DNA of 64,000 nt from Candidatus Latescibacterota bacterium (GCA_965226795.1 CBDDDZ010000003.1:544001-608000); one strand, 5' to 3'. Numbered from the stretch's first letter, positions 36,992-47,335 are shown. The notes: a model not told the origin generated them from the sequence alone. Made by a program: numbers and translations.

Positions 36992-38263
36992 ATGACCGAT
37001 CCAAAAAAGCCGATATTTCGGAGGCCGATTCCAGATGGCGTTATGGAGCACGTCGGGGTGGGCGCCGGAAGCGCAACGGCCGTTGTTGAGGTGCGAGACG
37101 GGCTGTTGATGATTGCGGGACGCCGATGTTACCGGTCTGAAGACGCAGGGCTGACCTGGGGTAGAGTGGATGCGCCGGACTGGGAAACGATTGGAGAAAC
37201 CTCCTGCCTGTCTTGCATCCGGTTGCAGTCGGGCCGGCTTGCCCTCGCGCACCTCGGGAGCAGAAATAGGCATTATGGGTCCGAGATGTTCAACTGGAAT
37301 CCGTTTTTTCTGTCGGTGTCGGACGACGAAGGCAGGTCCTGGTCCGGAGAGTGGCCGATGAATCTGCTCGGGGGGCCGTATTACGATACGATGATTCAGA
37401 TGCCGAACGGCCGGATGGTGATGCCGAGCCGGATCTGTCACAGCAACAACCATCACGCCGGGTTGGAATACGAGCGGGTGAGCAGCTACGGGTATTGGAA
37501 AGGCCGGCGCATCCAGGTGAGTGGACACTACCATTACCCGGAGGTGGATATCGCCTCGGTGAGTTATTCTGACGACGAAGGCCGCACATGGAAGATGTGC
37601 AGGGGTCAGTTGATGGGGTGGTTCGACGCCGAGGGCATTCCGAACGGTCGTGGAGGCATTACAGCGGTGGATGAGCCGGGCGTGGCGGTGTGTCCTGACG
37701 GACGGTTGATGATGATGGCGAGGTCCACGGTGGGGCGACTGGTGCAGAGTTACAGCGAGGACGGTGGTGAGACCTGGACGCCCGTGATGCCAAGCGATCT
37801 TGCCGCTTCGTATTCGCCGCCCAGGCTCAGGCGGATTCCGGGTACTGGTGATTTGTTGTGCGTCTGGAACCAGACGTCGCGTGAGGAGATCTTGAGAGGG
37901 TATCGGCGGGGAAGATTGTCGGCGGCGGTTTCGAGCGATAGCGGGGCCAGTTGGTCTCACTTCAGGACGATCGAACTCAGCGGCGGGATGGAAGACGTGG
38001 CACGGGTTTCGCCTCGGTATCCGGTCAGCCCCGTCGTTGCGCTCCCGGAGCTGGGGACGCTGCCCGAGGATTTCGCGACGTTCGATTACGCAAACGTATG
38101 GTTTCATGGCGATCGGGTGCTGCTGATGTATCATCGGAGCTGGGTGGAGGCAGACGAGGATTCGGGCGAGGCCGTGACACTCGGAGAACGGAAGCGTACG
38201 GCCAGAAAGCCCGGTGAATTGGTGCTGCGGGTTTATCCGCTGGCGTGGTTTTACGGTCGTTGA
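36992..38263 (+). CDS. Sialidase-like BNR/Asp-box propeller protein
   Basis: Asp boxes SEDAGLTW, SDDEGRSW, SDDEGRTW, SEDGGETW, SSDSGASW. Confidence 0.82.
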   Translation: MTDPKKPIFRRPIPDGVMEHVGVGAGSATAVVEVRDGLLMIAGRRCYRSEDAGLTWGRVDAPDWETIGETSCLSCIRLQSGRLALAHLGSRNRHYGSEMFNWNPFFLSVSDDEGRSWSGEWPMNLLGGPYYDTMIQMPNGRMVMPSRICHSNNHHAGLEYERVSSYGYWKGRRIQVSGHYHYPEVDIASVSYSDDEGRTWKMCRGQLMGWFDAEGIPNGRGGITAVDEPGVAVCPDGRLMMMARSTVGRLVQSYSEDGGETWTPVMPSDLAASYSPPRLRRIPGTGDLLCVWNQTSREEILRGYRRGRLSAAVSSDSGASWSHFRTIELSGGMEDVARVSPRYPVSPVVALPELGTLPEDFATFDYANVWFHGDRVLLMYHRSWVEADEDSGEAVTLGERKRTARKPGELVLRVYPLAWFYGR

Positions 38264-38408
38264 GAGGCGTCTGATACCAACAAACGGCCCGGAACGTCGG
38301 CGCCGCTCTTACGGCGCGTGATATTTTATTTGAAAAATCCGGCCGGGTTCGCCAGTATTGCGGTCTTGACCGTCGTGGAATGACGATACCGCGTAGACGG
38401 ATGGGCCT

Positions 38409-39509
38409 ATGTCGCAACGTGGATTTATAGAACAGGTGGGCGACTATGTGATCCGCGAACAGGGGTTCATGGAAATCCAGAGTGATCCCGAGGTGCAGTT
38501 CACGTTGTGCGGGATCAATCCGTACGGTTATTATGAAAATGTCCGGCGGTTCGTGGCGGACCTGGATGGAGAGATCGTGGGCGAAGGTTGGACGCTGACA
38601 TCCCGTCACGGGCCGTGGGGAAGGTTGGGGCACTATGGGATGTTCGAGGAGGAGCACAAGCGGAAAGGGTTGGGCGGGCGGTTGCTGAAGCTGTGCATCG
38701 ACGTGGTGGGAGAGACGGGTGTGGAGGCGATGTTCATCGATACCGGGCCGAGCATCGCGCACCAGGTATACGAAAAGTACGGGTTTCGGGACGTGGTGCA
38801 AGACCATCCGGAGTGGTTGGGATTGGACTATGGCGGCAGGACGATTCAGGAGCACCTTGAAATTTATTACCGGATTCGCGATTGCGACCCGTTGAAGGTG
38901 CGGACCCTGAATTTCAGCCATTTGAACGAGATTCAGGTGCTTCTGAACTCGGCGCTGGACCCGGACGTTCTGGTGAAGAACTATCTGCTGACGCTGTTTG
39001 AGGACGATCAGCTGCACGAGGGTCAGATTCTGGTTGAAATTCCGAAGCTTTCGGAGGGGCGGCCCGAAACTCGGCGGGTCCGGATGCTGGGGCTGTTTGC
39101 GGGATCGAAGCTTATCGGATTCTCAACGCTGGCGCCGTGGCGCACAACACGGTGGGACAACCGGCACGAGGCCCATATCGGGCTGATGGATATGTACCTG
39201 TACAAGGGGTTGTGGCGCCTGGACAGGTGCCGTGTGCTATTCGATGGTATCCGGGATTCGGCCCGGGACATGGGATTCTGCCGCTTGCGTACGTTCGAGA
39301 CGCCACGGCAAACGGTGAAGACCGGAATTTTTCAGGCTCTGGGGTTCCGGGCGGGTTACGAGATGCCGGGTGCGTTGGTTATGGGGGTGGGCACACCGGA
39401 CCGGGGCGCCTATCCAGGGGTGCGAACGGAGAATCTGGCGGCATACGAAATCGCACTGGACGAACCGGGAGAGTTTACGCACCCTTATCGGGTTCCATGG
39501 GACTATTAG
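38409..39509 (+). CDS. GNAT-family acetyltransferase (probably two GNAT folds)
   Basis: EHKRKGLGGRLL...YEKYGF; second half ends FQALGFR. Confidence 0.75.
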   Translation: MSQRGFIEQVGDYVIREQGFMEIQSDPEVQFTLCGINPYGYYENVRRFVADLDGEIVGEGWTLTSRHGPWGRLGHYGMFEEEHKRKGLGGRLLKLCIDVVGETGVEAMFIDTGPSIAHQVYEKYGFRDVVQDHPEWLGLDYGGRTIQEHLEIYYRIRDCDPLKVRTLNFSHLNEIQVLLNSALDPDVLVKNYLLTLFEDDQLHEGQILVEIPKLSEGRPETRRVRMLGLFAGSKLIGFSTLAPWRTTRWDNRHEAHIGLMDMYLYKGLWRLDRCRVLFDGIRDSARDMGFCRLRTFETPRQTVKTGIFQALGFRAGYEMPGALVMGVGTPDRGAYPGVRTENLAAYEIALDEPGEFTHPYRVPWDY

Positions 39510-39817
39510 ACGGCAATCGGTCGAAACCGGGCCGACCGCGAGGGGCAGATGGCCTCTGAGTTGTCACGCGAAAATGAGAACATCCGCTACGCCTGCTGCG
39601 GCATTACGCGTCTTCCGTGCGTCACCGGAAATATCACGGCATTGACATTATAACGGTACACGTCGATGGTCCACGGCGGGAGGGTTTTGTGTGTCCTCAA
39701 GGTGGAACCGGTCGGAAGATTTCGGCAGAAATTTAACGTAAAAGAAACCTGCGGACATCTCTTCTTCGCTATCTTGAACTACCCGTGCCTTATCGCAATA
39801 AATTTTGCCAAATGCAT

Positions 39818-39846
39818 TGACTATACTGATCCTTTGCATTATAAAT
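39818..39846 (+). promoter_or_regulatory. Putative sigma70 promoter for the ytxH-porin operon
   Basis: TTGACT-17 nt-TATAAA in an AT-rich intergenic stretch. Confidence 0.5.
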
Positions 39847-40121
39847 TAGGGGTTCTTGGAAGATTTCGACCAAGAGGCGATTTTATGGGGATCTGGCACA
39901 AGTGCCCGTTTCTGTTCGCACATCTCGCCTTGAGAGGAATGCGAACACACGACACTGCCGCGAATTCCCAGGTACTAATTCGTCATTGGCCCCCTGAAAA
40001 TCATGAGCCAAAAATGACAGGATCTCGCCACTGGCGTCCGGTCTGATATTTCCGGGCTGTACGATAGCCACGATCACTCACCGTGAATCAATATTTTTCA
40101 CGAACCGACGAGGAGGCTTCA

Positions 40122-40355
40122 ATGGATCGCAATACAGATACCGCAGGACTTTGTCTTAGCGTATTCGGCGCCGGCGTGTTGGCGGGCATCGCCCTGGGAC
40201 TGACCGCCGGCGTCTTGCTGGCCCCCCGGACTGGTAGAGAATCCCGCGAATCCGTGCGCCGCAGTGTCGATAAGGCCGTCAAAAAGGGCCGAACATACGT
40301 TGAACGAGTCCGCGTCCAAGACGGCGACGGGGCGGAAGAGGCCACAGAAGAATAG
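40122..40355 (+). CDS. YtxH-domain small membrane protein
   Basis: GVLAGIALGLTAGVLLAPRTGRESR; GAGGAGG RBS. Confidence 0.85.
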   Translation: MDRNTDTAGLCLSVFGAGVLAGIALGLTAGVLLAPRTGRESRESVRRSVDKAVKKGRTYVERVRVQDGDGAEEATEE

Positions 40356-40510
40356 GCCCCTGGGCAGCAGTCGAAAGGAATTTCCGGTAATGCCGGCATT
40401 TCGTTGCTGGCGCCCGACCATTCCTCTCCCTTCTCGCCAGGAGGAATTCGACGCTCGGAGCGCATACGGTCCGTCTCGGCACAGGAACGTTATTTTTTAG
40501 GGAGCGATAC

Positions 40511-41626
40511 TTGAAAAAGGTAATTGCCGTAGCTGTACTGGGCTGCCTGCTGGGTGTTGTGGATCAGGCTCTTGCCGGAGATTTCACGATCTACGGATTC
40601 GTCCGTTTCGACGCCGTTATCGACGATTCCAGGATGCAAAGTCACCAGTTCGGTTTCTGGGTAAAGCCGGAGTCGCCTGACGCCGAAGACGATGGCAATT
40701 TGACCATGTACCCGCGTCTCACCCGCCTGGGGGTCAGGTTCAAGCCTGTGAAATTGGACGAAGTTTCCACCATAAGCGGCCTCGTCGAGGTGGATTTCCA
40801 GAACGGCGGCAGCGAATCGCGCCAGATTCTGCGCCTTCGGCAGGCCTATTTCAATCTGCAGAGAGGTGACTGGTACTTTTTGGCGGGCCAGACCTGGGAC
40901 GTGATTTCTCCATTGTTCCCGATAGCCAACAACGACGGTCTGATGTGGCACGCCGGCAACCTGGGCGACCGGCATCCCCAGGCGAGGCTTACGTACAAGC
41001 CCGAGGGAGGGTTTTCTCTGGCGGTGGCGGCAGGCCAGACGGGGGCGGTGGACAGGAAAGACCTGGACAAGAATGGCATTCTGGATGGCTGGGATGCGGC
41101 GCTGCCCTTTTTTCAGGCACGGCTCGGGCTGGAGCAGCCAAAATTCAAGGCCGGCGCGTGGGCCCACTGGGGTGTGGAGGAGACAGCCCAGGCCGTGGGT
41201 GGCGAGACCCGTTTCACCTCGGCCGCGGTGGGCCTGGACGCTTCGATTTCGCTCACCGATAAGCTGACCATACAGGGTGAAGGCTGGACGGGTAGAAATC
41301 TCACCGATATTCGGGGTGGTATCGGCCAGGGGGTCAACACTGCGACGGGCGATGAAATCGCCTCCACCGGCGGGTGGGCCCAGATCGTTGTCACGCCCAA
41401 TGCACAATGGAAGCTGTACGCCGGGGCGACGGTGGAGCAGCCGGATGAGGAGGCGGTGCCCGACGGCGGGCGCACCAGAAACGGGGCCTTTTACGCGGTG
41501 GGCCGTTACCGGCCCTGGAAGCCATTCCAGGTGGCGGTCGAATATCTGTACTGGCAGACCACTTATAAGGATCTGAACGACGGCATCGCCAACCGGTTGG
41601 ATATCCACTTCACCTACAACTTCTGA
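40511..41626 (+). CDS. Outer-membrane porin (DcaP-like)
   Basis: Signal peptide, IYGFVRFD, TRLG, EVDF, LRLRQAY, LAGQTW, terminal YNF. Confidence 0.82.
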   Translation: MKKVIAVAVLGCLLGVVDQALAGDFTIYGFVRFDAVIDDSRMQSHQFGFWVKPESPDAEDDGNLTMYPRLTRLGVRFKPVKLDEVSTISGLVEVDFQNGGSESRQILRLRQAYFNLQRGDWYFLAGQTWDVISPLFPIANNDGLMWHAGNLGDRHPQARLTYKPEGGFSLAVAAGQTGAVDRKDLDKNGILDGWDAALPFFQARLGLEQPKFKAGAWAHWGVEETAQAVGGETRFTSAAVGLDASISLTDKLTIQGEGWTGRNLTDIRGGIGQGVNTATGDEIASTGGWAQIVVTPNAQWKLYAGATVEQPDEEAVPDGGRTRNGAFYAVGRYRPWKPFQVAVEYLYWQTTYKDLNDGIANRLDIHFTYNF

Positions 41627-41701
41627 AAATCTGTCGGTGTCCGGTTGAACCGGCGCCGAGCCCGATAGATTCAAGCGAATCGCAGTCTCAGAAGACGAGG
41701 A

Positions 41702-43069
41702 ATGAATACTCTTTTTTGCGCCGATGGAGATGACCCGCTTAATAGCCCGGCGGCGGGCCTGACGCGGAGATCGCTGCTCCGTCGAGGCCTTATCGGGCTG
41801 CTGGCGTTATCCTGGGGCAGTTGGAGGAACGTCGGAGCCGAAACAGGAGGATCAGACCTGGTTTCAGCAGAAAATCCTGGCAGTGGCAAAGGCTCTGAAG
41901 GCGTGTTTGACGGTGAGATCGTCCTCGGCATGTCTGCCGCGTTTTCCGGACCGTCGCGAGGGCTGGGCAGCGAACTCTATCGGGGAGCGAAGTCCTACTT
42001 CAACCACGTCAATGATAATGGAGGCATTGGCGGCCGTCAGATTGTCTTCAGGCTGTACGACGACGGCTACCAGCCGGATCCGTGCGTCAAGAACACCATG
42101 AAACTCATGCTGGAAGATCGCGTGTTCCTGCTTTTCGGGTACGTGGGTACCCCAACGGTGACCCGCGCGCTTCCCCTGTTGAAGAAATTCCAGGACGAGC
42201 GGGTCTATCTGTTTTTCCCGTTTACCGGCGCCCAGCCGCAGAGGGAGCCGCCGTACGGGGATTTCGCATTCAACCTTCGGGCGTCCTATCGCCAGGAGAC
42301 CGCCGGCCTCGTGGATAATTTCATCAGGGCGGGCAGAAAGCGGATCGCCGTGTTCTATCAGGCCGACGCCTACGGCCGTAGCGGATGGGCGGGAGTGAGG
42401 GCCGCACTGGATGCGCACGGCGAGCAACTTGCCGGCGAGGCGACCTACCGCCGCGGCCAGAGGTTCACCGGAAGCATGAGGCGTCAGGTTGAAATTCTGC
42501 AGGGCGCTTCCCCGGACGCTGTGATCTGCATCGGATCCTACGCAGCCTGCGCCGCCTTCGCCCGCGACGCTGTCGACCTGGGCTTGAAGGTTCCAATCGC
42601 CAATCTCTCGTTCGTCGGAAGCGAGAATCTTCTCCAACTGCTCAGCGAGGGCCGGGACGACCCTGAGACATACACCCGGTATCTCGTCAACTCTCAGGTC
42701 GTGCCCAGCTATGAAGACACTTCCATTCCGGCGGTCAGGGAATATCGCGAGTTGATGGCGCGTTACAACCCGGCTGTGCCCGAGGAACTCGCCAAGGAGC
42801 CCTACAGCCCGTTCGCGCACAGTTTCGTAAGCCTGGAGGGCTTTCTCGACGCCAAGCTGATGACAGAGGTCCTCAGGCGTCTGGGTGACAATCCGAACAG
42901 GTCCGGGCTTGAGGAAGCGGTCTTCTCGGTCAGAGATTTCGACCTTGGGATTGGCGAAAAGGTCTCCTTCGGGCCCGACCGTCGACAGGGTCTCCAGACA
43001 GTCTATTATACCGTCGTACAGGGCGGCCGCTTCGTCACCCTGGACGACTGGAAAAGCTGGCTTTCGTAA
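41702..43069 (+). CDS. Type I periplasmic binding protein (LivJ-like) with Tat-like signal
   Basis: TRRSLL; LGMSAAFSGP, GGIGGRQI..YDDGYQP, GYVGTPT, FNLRASY. Confidence 0.87.
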   Translation: MNTLFCADGDDPLNSPAAGLTRRSLLRRGLIGLLALSWGSWRNVGAETGGSDLVSAENPGSGKGSEGVFDGEIVLGMSAAFSGPSRGLGSELYRGAKSYFNHVNDNGGIGGRQIVFRLYDDGYQPDPCVKNTMKLMLEDRVFLLFGYVGTPTVTRALPLLKKFQDERVYLFFPFTGAQPQREPPYGDFAFNLRASYRQETAGLVDNFIRAGRKRIAVFYQADAYGRSGWAGVRAALDAHGEQLAGEATYRRGQRFTGSMRRQVEILQGASPDAVICIGSYAACAAFARDAVDLGLKVPIANLSFVGSENLLQLLSEGRDDPETYTRYLVNSQVVPSYEDTSIPAVREYRELMARYNPAVPEELAKEPYSPFAHSFVSLEGFLDAKLMTEVLRRLGDNPNRSGLEEAVFSVRDFDLGIGEKVSFGPDRRQGLQTVYYTVVQGGRFVTLDDWKSWLS

Positions 43070-43070
43070 A

Positions 43071-43814
43071 ATGAAGATACAAAAGCTTTTTCAGAAAACC
43101 CGGTTCGGCATCTTCGCGCTCTTCGGGCTGATTGTACTGTCGACGTCTATTCTGTGCATCTACACGGTAGACACCCAGTTGTCGGCGGAGTACGCCACCA
43201 ACAGCAAAGACATTGCGAAGACCATCGCCAACGCCAGCGTGGACATCCTACTGAACAGAAACCTTGCGACACTGCAGTCGATGATCGATCAGTTCGTCGA
43301 GATTCAGGGCATCCGTTACATCTATATTACCAACGAGAAGGGCGAGTACCTGGCGCATACCTTTGTGCCGGGCATCCCCGAAGAAATCCTGGCGAGCGAT
43401 CCGTCCGGCACCGAATCTGTTGAACGAAGCATACCCGGCCTGGGCGATTTTCTGGAGGTGGGCAGCCCAATCCTTGCCGGCGTCGCAGGCACGGTACACG
43501 TCGGCATGGACCTGGACATCGTGGCGCTCAAGATACAGCGTGCCATCGGCCAGCAGGTCATTCTCATCAGTATCTTTCTCGTCGTCGGCGTCCTGGCTTC
43601 GATCTGGCTGGTCAACCTGGCGGCAAAGCCTCTCGGAGGACTTCTCGCCTACGCCGTGGAACTGGCTGACGGTCGCGGCAAGGAGAGGCCCTCGAACGAG
43701 GAACTTCTGGCGCGCGACGATGAAGTAGGAGATCTGGCGCGCCTCTTCAGACACGTCTCTGAAAAACCGTCAGGTTCGGAGGGACCCGGCCCGGTGGCGG
43801 ACAAGTCCGGGTAG
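43071..43814 (+). CDS. Two-TM sensor-like protein with HAMP and no output domain
   Basis: TM1, periplasmic YIYITNEKGEYLAHTFVP, TM2, KPL...RDDEVGDLARLF, then stop after ~20 aa. Confidence 0.8.
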   Translation: MKIQKLFQKTRFGIFALFGLIVLSTSILCIYTVDTQLSAEYATNSKDIAKTIANASVDILLNRNLATLQSMIDQFVEIQGIRYIYITNEKGEYLAHTFVPGIPEEILASDPSGTESVERSIPGLGDFLEVGSPILAGVAGTVHVGMDLDIVALKIQRAIGQQVILISIFLVVGVLASIWLVNLAAKPLGGLLAYAVELADGRGKERPSNEELLARDDEVGDLARLFRHVSEKPSGSEGPGPVADKSG

Positions 43815-43828
43815 AGGGAGGATCAGCG

Positions 43829-45133
43829 GTGCGTATTCCGCGAAGCGTCATCGCGCTATTCTGCACGGCCCTGCAGGTCTGCTTCGGCACGGTTTACGCT
43901 TGGAGTTTTTTCCAGACGATCCTGGTGCATCAGGGCGGCTGGACGCATACCGAAACGGCGTGGGCTTTCAGTATCGCTATTTTCTCCCTGGGGGTATCGG
44001 CCGCCTGGGCCGGAAACATGCTTTCACGTTTGGGTCCCAGGTTCCTGGCTGTGACCGGCAGCATCCTGTTTTCTGTCGGATATCTGATCTCCGGGGCGGC
44101 ATTGCACCTGAACTCCATACCGCTTTTCTATCTGGGTTACGGCGTGATTGGCGGCGCGGGTATCGGGCTGGGGTACGTGACGCCGGTCGCGACCGTTGCG
44201 AAGTGGTTCCCCGACCGCAAGGGACTGGCCACGGGTATCGTGGTCATGGGTTTCGGCGTCGGCGCCTTTCTCCTGAGCAAGGGCCTGGCGCCATTTTTGA
44301 TCGTGCGGACAGCGGGCGCCCTTCCGCTCGTTTTTGTGTGGCTGGGAATCGTATTCGCCGCAATTCTGATTCCCTGCAGCCTTGTCCTGAGCGATCCGCC
44401 TGCGTCCGCGTCCCCAACGGGCGGCGCGGCCGATGAGGCGCTGGAATACGGGGAGCCGGATTCCGCTGTCACGTACCTCCGGACGACCCAGTTCGTGATC
44501 ATGTGGATCGTTTTTTTCTTCAATATCGCCGCCGGAATCTCGGTCATCAGCTTCCAGTCGGAAATCCTCCAGGAGATCTGGGGTCTGGCGGATAGTACGA
44601 TCGAGCCGACGGCGCTGGCCGAGTACGGCGCAACGCTCATCGCCGTAAGTTCGGTCTGCAACGGCTTGGGGCGTCTGTTCTGGGGATTGCTTTCGGACAG
44701 GTTCGGCCGGGTCACGATTTTCAGGGTTCTCCTCGCCAGCCAGATGGTCGTCTTCGGCATCCTGATGACGGAGACCAACCCGTGGGTATTCTCGGCCCTG
44801 GTTTGCTACGTCCTGCTCTGCTTCGGCGGCGGATTTGCGACCATGCCGCCCTTCGTTCTGGACGTATTCGGCACAAAAAAGATGTCCACCATCTACGGCG
44901 CCGTCCTCACGGCCTGGGCCGCCGCCGGTATCTCGGGTCCGCTGTACGTCGGGTATCTCAAGGATGTATACCCCGACAGAGCGGTCATGTATTGTTTCCT
45001 CATCGGGATTCTCATGCTCGGCGCAGGCTATCTGTTCACTTACCTCCTGAACGACGGCAGGATTCGCCTGGGGCGTCCCACGCTGGCGAGCACATTACAC
45101 CGGTACGGGATTCCGGTGACGGGAAAGAGTTGA
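43829..45133 (+). CDS. MFS transporter, oxalate:formate antiporter (OFA) family
   Basis: GTVYAWS, GIGLGYVTPV...KWFPDRKGLATG, NGLGRLFWGLLSDRFGR, FGGGF. Confidence 0.92.
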   Translation: MRIPRSVIALFCTALQVCFGTVYAWSFFQTILVHQGGWTHTETAWAFSIAIFSLGVSAAWAGNMLSRLGPRFLAVTGSILFSVGYLISGAALHLNSIPLFYLGYGVIGGAGIGLGYVTPVATVAKWFPDRKGLATGIVVMGFGVGAFLLSKGLAPFLIVRTAGALPLVFVWLGIVFAAILIPCSLVLSDPPASASPTGGAADEALEYGEPDSAVTYLRTTQFVIMWIVFFFNIAAGISVISFQSEILQEIWGLADSTIEPTALAEYGATLIAVSSVCNGLGRLFWGLLSDRFGRVTIFRVLLASQMVVFGILMTETNPWVFSALVCYVLLCFGGGFATMPPFVLDVFGTKKMSTIYGAVLTAWAAAGISGPLYVGYLKDVYPDRAVMYCFLIGILMLGAGYLFTYLLNDGRIRLGRPTLASTLHRYGIPVTGKS

Positions 45134-45328
45134 ACGAGACCGCGGGTCTGGGTCTATTGGCGTATGGCGATGCCGGCGCGTAACGTGGATGTACAGTGCA
45201 TTGTCGTAAACGTAATATCGAAGGATCCATATTCCTTGAGTTGAAACATCACGGACCGAAACCCGAAATCTCGAAATCAGACCTGCGGAATATCTCCCCC
45301 TGAATGTTCGGCCTAACAATCCCCCGTG

Positions 45329-45786
45329 CTATTTTTCCTCTTCGATAGCAACAAGAATCTCGCGGCCGTTCAGCGCCTGTACCGGCCGATTATTTTTGTG
45401 AACAATTGCTTCGAATGCGGCAATCTGCGCCTCTGAGATTTCAATGCGCGTTGCCAGCACGAACCACCTGACCCCCTCAGAGCAGGGCGGGGTCGTCAGG
45501 GAGCCCTCATATCGATAGGCGCGCGCGTCCCGCGGAAGCTATCGCCGGGGTTAACGCAGACACCTTCATTGCGTTTCATTTCGTCCGGCACGTGCGGCAA
45601 ATGCTCCGATTACCGGCAATCTCGATCCGGTTCTCCCCGGTGAATGCCATTTCAATGGTGTGGCCGTTATTGCGGATATTCAGGGCCGTTGGCCGGTAGT
45701 TGAAGACGATGGCAGGAAGTCTTGCCGGCGTCGGGTTCCGGAGGTCAATGGGGGATTGACCCGACCCTTCGGCGCAAAGCGCATAT
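45329..45786 (-). pseudogene. Alpha-carbonic anhydrase remnant
   Basis: Minus strand CAEGSGQSPIDL...NNGHTI and [18 protein letters not shown]...[11 protein letters not shown]; Zn-ligand His region and 5' end missing. Confidence 0.88.
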
Positions 45787-45945
45787 TTCCTGGCGCAACC
45801 GCAGTTCGTCTGGGACGCGGGCAGGGCGATCGCGGGCGAAGCCAATCAATTCATGGTCGGCGTGGAGTATCAATACTGGCGGAGCAAACTCGGTACCGAC
45901 GAAGACGAGAGCATTGCGCAGTTGCTGCTGGTATGGCGCCTGTAG
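45787..45945 (+). pseudogene. C-terminal fragment of a Tsx-like outer-membrane channel
   Basis: FLAQPQFVWDAG...VGVEYQYWRSKLG.DE...QLLLVWRL*, amphipathic barrel strands with no start; upstream of a nucleobase permease. Confidence 0.6.
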
Positions 45946-45979
45946 ACGGAATGTCGTGGAAAACCATTCGGAGGCACAG

Positions 45980-47284
45980 ATGACTTCGGGGCCATCCCAT
46001 TCAAACGAAACCATCCGGTACGAGCCGGACGAGCGGCCCCCCCACTCAGTCGCCGTCGCGGTCGGCTTTCAGGCCGCCGCGGCGTTTGTTACCCTCGTGG
46101 TGCTGGCGTTGCGGGCCCCTGCATCCCTGCGGCTGTGGGCGCCACTGATCGGGATCGCGGTGGGTTGCGCTGTGGCCGCAGCGTTCGGGCTGTACGACGT
46201 TCGACCGGTTGTCGAAGCACCCTGGATCGGTTTTCCGAATTACGCCTGGCCGGGGTTGGATCTCTCCCTGGGCGCGGAGTTCTGGGCGCTGCTTCCGGCA
46301 TTTGTGGTGGTTACGGTCGTCGGTGCGATCGAGACCGTCGGCGACGGTGTTGCCATTCAACGGGTCTCGCGCCGCCTGCCGCGGGCAACCGACTTCCGCC
46401 TGGTGCAGGGCGCGCTCAACGCCGACGGGATGGGAAACCTGCTCTCCGGTCTCGCCGGGACGCCCCCCAATACGACCTATTCCATCAGCATATCGCTTGC
46501 CGAACTCACCGGGGTCGCGGCGCGCCGCGTGGGGATATATATTGGGATCCTATTTGTATTGCTGGCCCTGTCCCCCAAGGTAACGGCTCTCGTGATTGCC
46601 ATTCCCAATCCTGTGGGCGCGGCCTATGTTACCGTCTTGATCGGTCTGTTGTTTGTGCAGGGGATGAAGCTGATTGTGGAGGATGGCGTCGGTCACCGGA
46701 AGGCCACAGTGGTGGGGCTGTCGTTCTGGCTGGGCGTGGGTTTTCAGAACCAGGTGATCTTCCCCGACTTGCTTGGCGGGACGTGGGGCACGTTGCTCGG
46801 CAACGGGATGACCGCAGGCGGTCTTGCAGCAATCCTTCTGACGGCGTTCATGGAACTGACGGCCCGACGCCGGAAGCGTCTGGAGGTCGAATTGGCCGCC
46901 GCCTCGCTGCCCGGAATCGAAGAGTTCCTCCGAAAGCTCGCGGCAAGCAACGGCTGGAAGGAACCGGCAACCGGGCGGCTGTGCGCCGCGGGGGAAGAGA
47001 CCCTGTCGATTCTGATACAACAAGCCCGGGAGAGTGCCCCGGAGGAGGGGCGGCGGCTGGTCGTCACCGCACGGGTTGTGGGGGGGACGACGGAACTGGA
47101 GTTTCTGGCGGCTGCGGCGGGAGAAAATCTCGAAGACAGGCTGGCGTATCTGAGTGAACAGCCCGAGATAATGGACGAACACGAAATTTCGTTTCGCCTG
47201 TTGCGCCATTACGCTTCGTCGGTGCGCCACCAGAAGTATCACGACCTGGATATTGTCACCGTGAGGGTGGAGAGCGCGTCGTAA
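45980..47284 (+). CDS. NCS2 xanthine/uracil permease fused to a HATPase_c-like domain, apparently internally deleted
   Basis: IRYEPDERPP, AIETVGD, ADGMGNLLSGLAG.PPNTTYS; C-terminal RLCAAGEE...EISFRLLRHYASSV; transporter part only ~300 aa. Confidence 0.75.
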   Translation: MTSGPSHSNETIRYEPDERPPHSVAVAVGFQAAAAFVTLVVLALRAPASLRLWAPLIGIAVGCAVAAAFGLYDVRPVVEAPWIGFPNYAWPGLDLSLGAEFWALLPAFVVVTVVGAIETVGDGVAIQRVSRRLPRATDFRLVQGALNADGMGNLLSGLAGTPPNTTYSISISLAELTGVAARRVGIYIGILFVLLALSPKVTALVIAIPNPVGAAYVTVLIGLLFVQGMKLIVEDGVGHRKATVVGLSFWLGVGFQNQVIFPDLLGGTWGTLLGNGMTAGGLAAILLTAFMELTARRRKRLEVELAAASLPGIEEFLRKLAASNGWKEPATGRLCAAGEETLSILIQQARESAPEEGRRLVVTARVVGGTTELEFLAAAAGENLEDRLAYLSEQPEIMDEHEISFRLLRHYASSVRHQKYHDLDIVTVRVESAS

Positions 47285-47335
47285 TTTCGGCGAATGGGAT
47301 AGCAGGATCGGGCAGACCGGACGCGGGGTAGGACG

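Noticed and set aside
45722..45979. Extended N-terminus of the NCS2 ORF in the track
   Set aside because: It overlaps the carbonic anhydrase and Tsx-like remnants; the RBS-supported start is ATG 45980.
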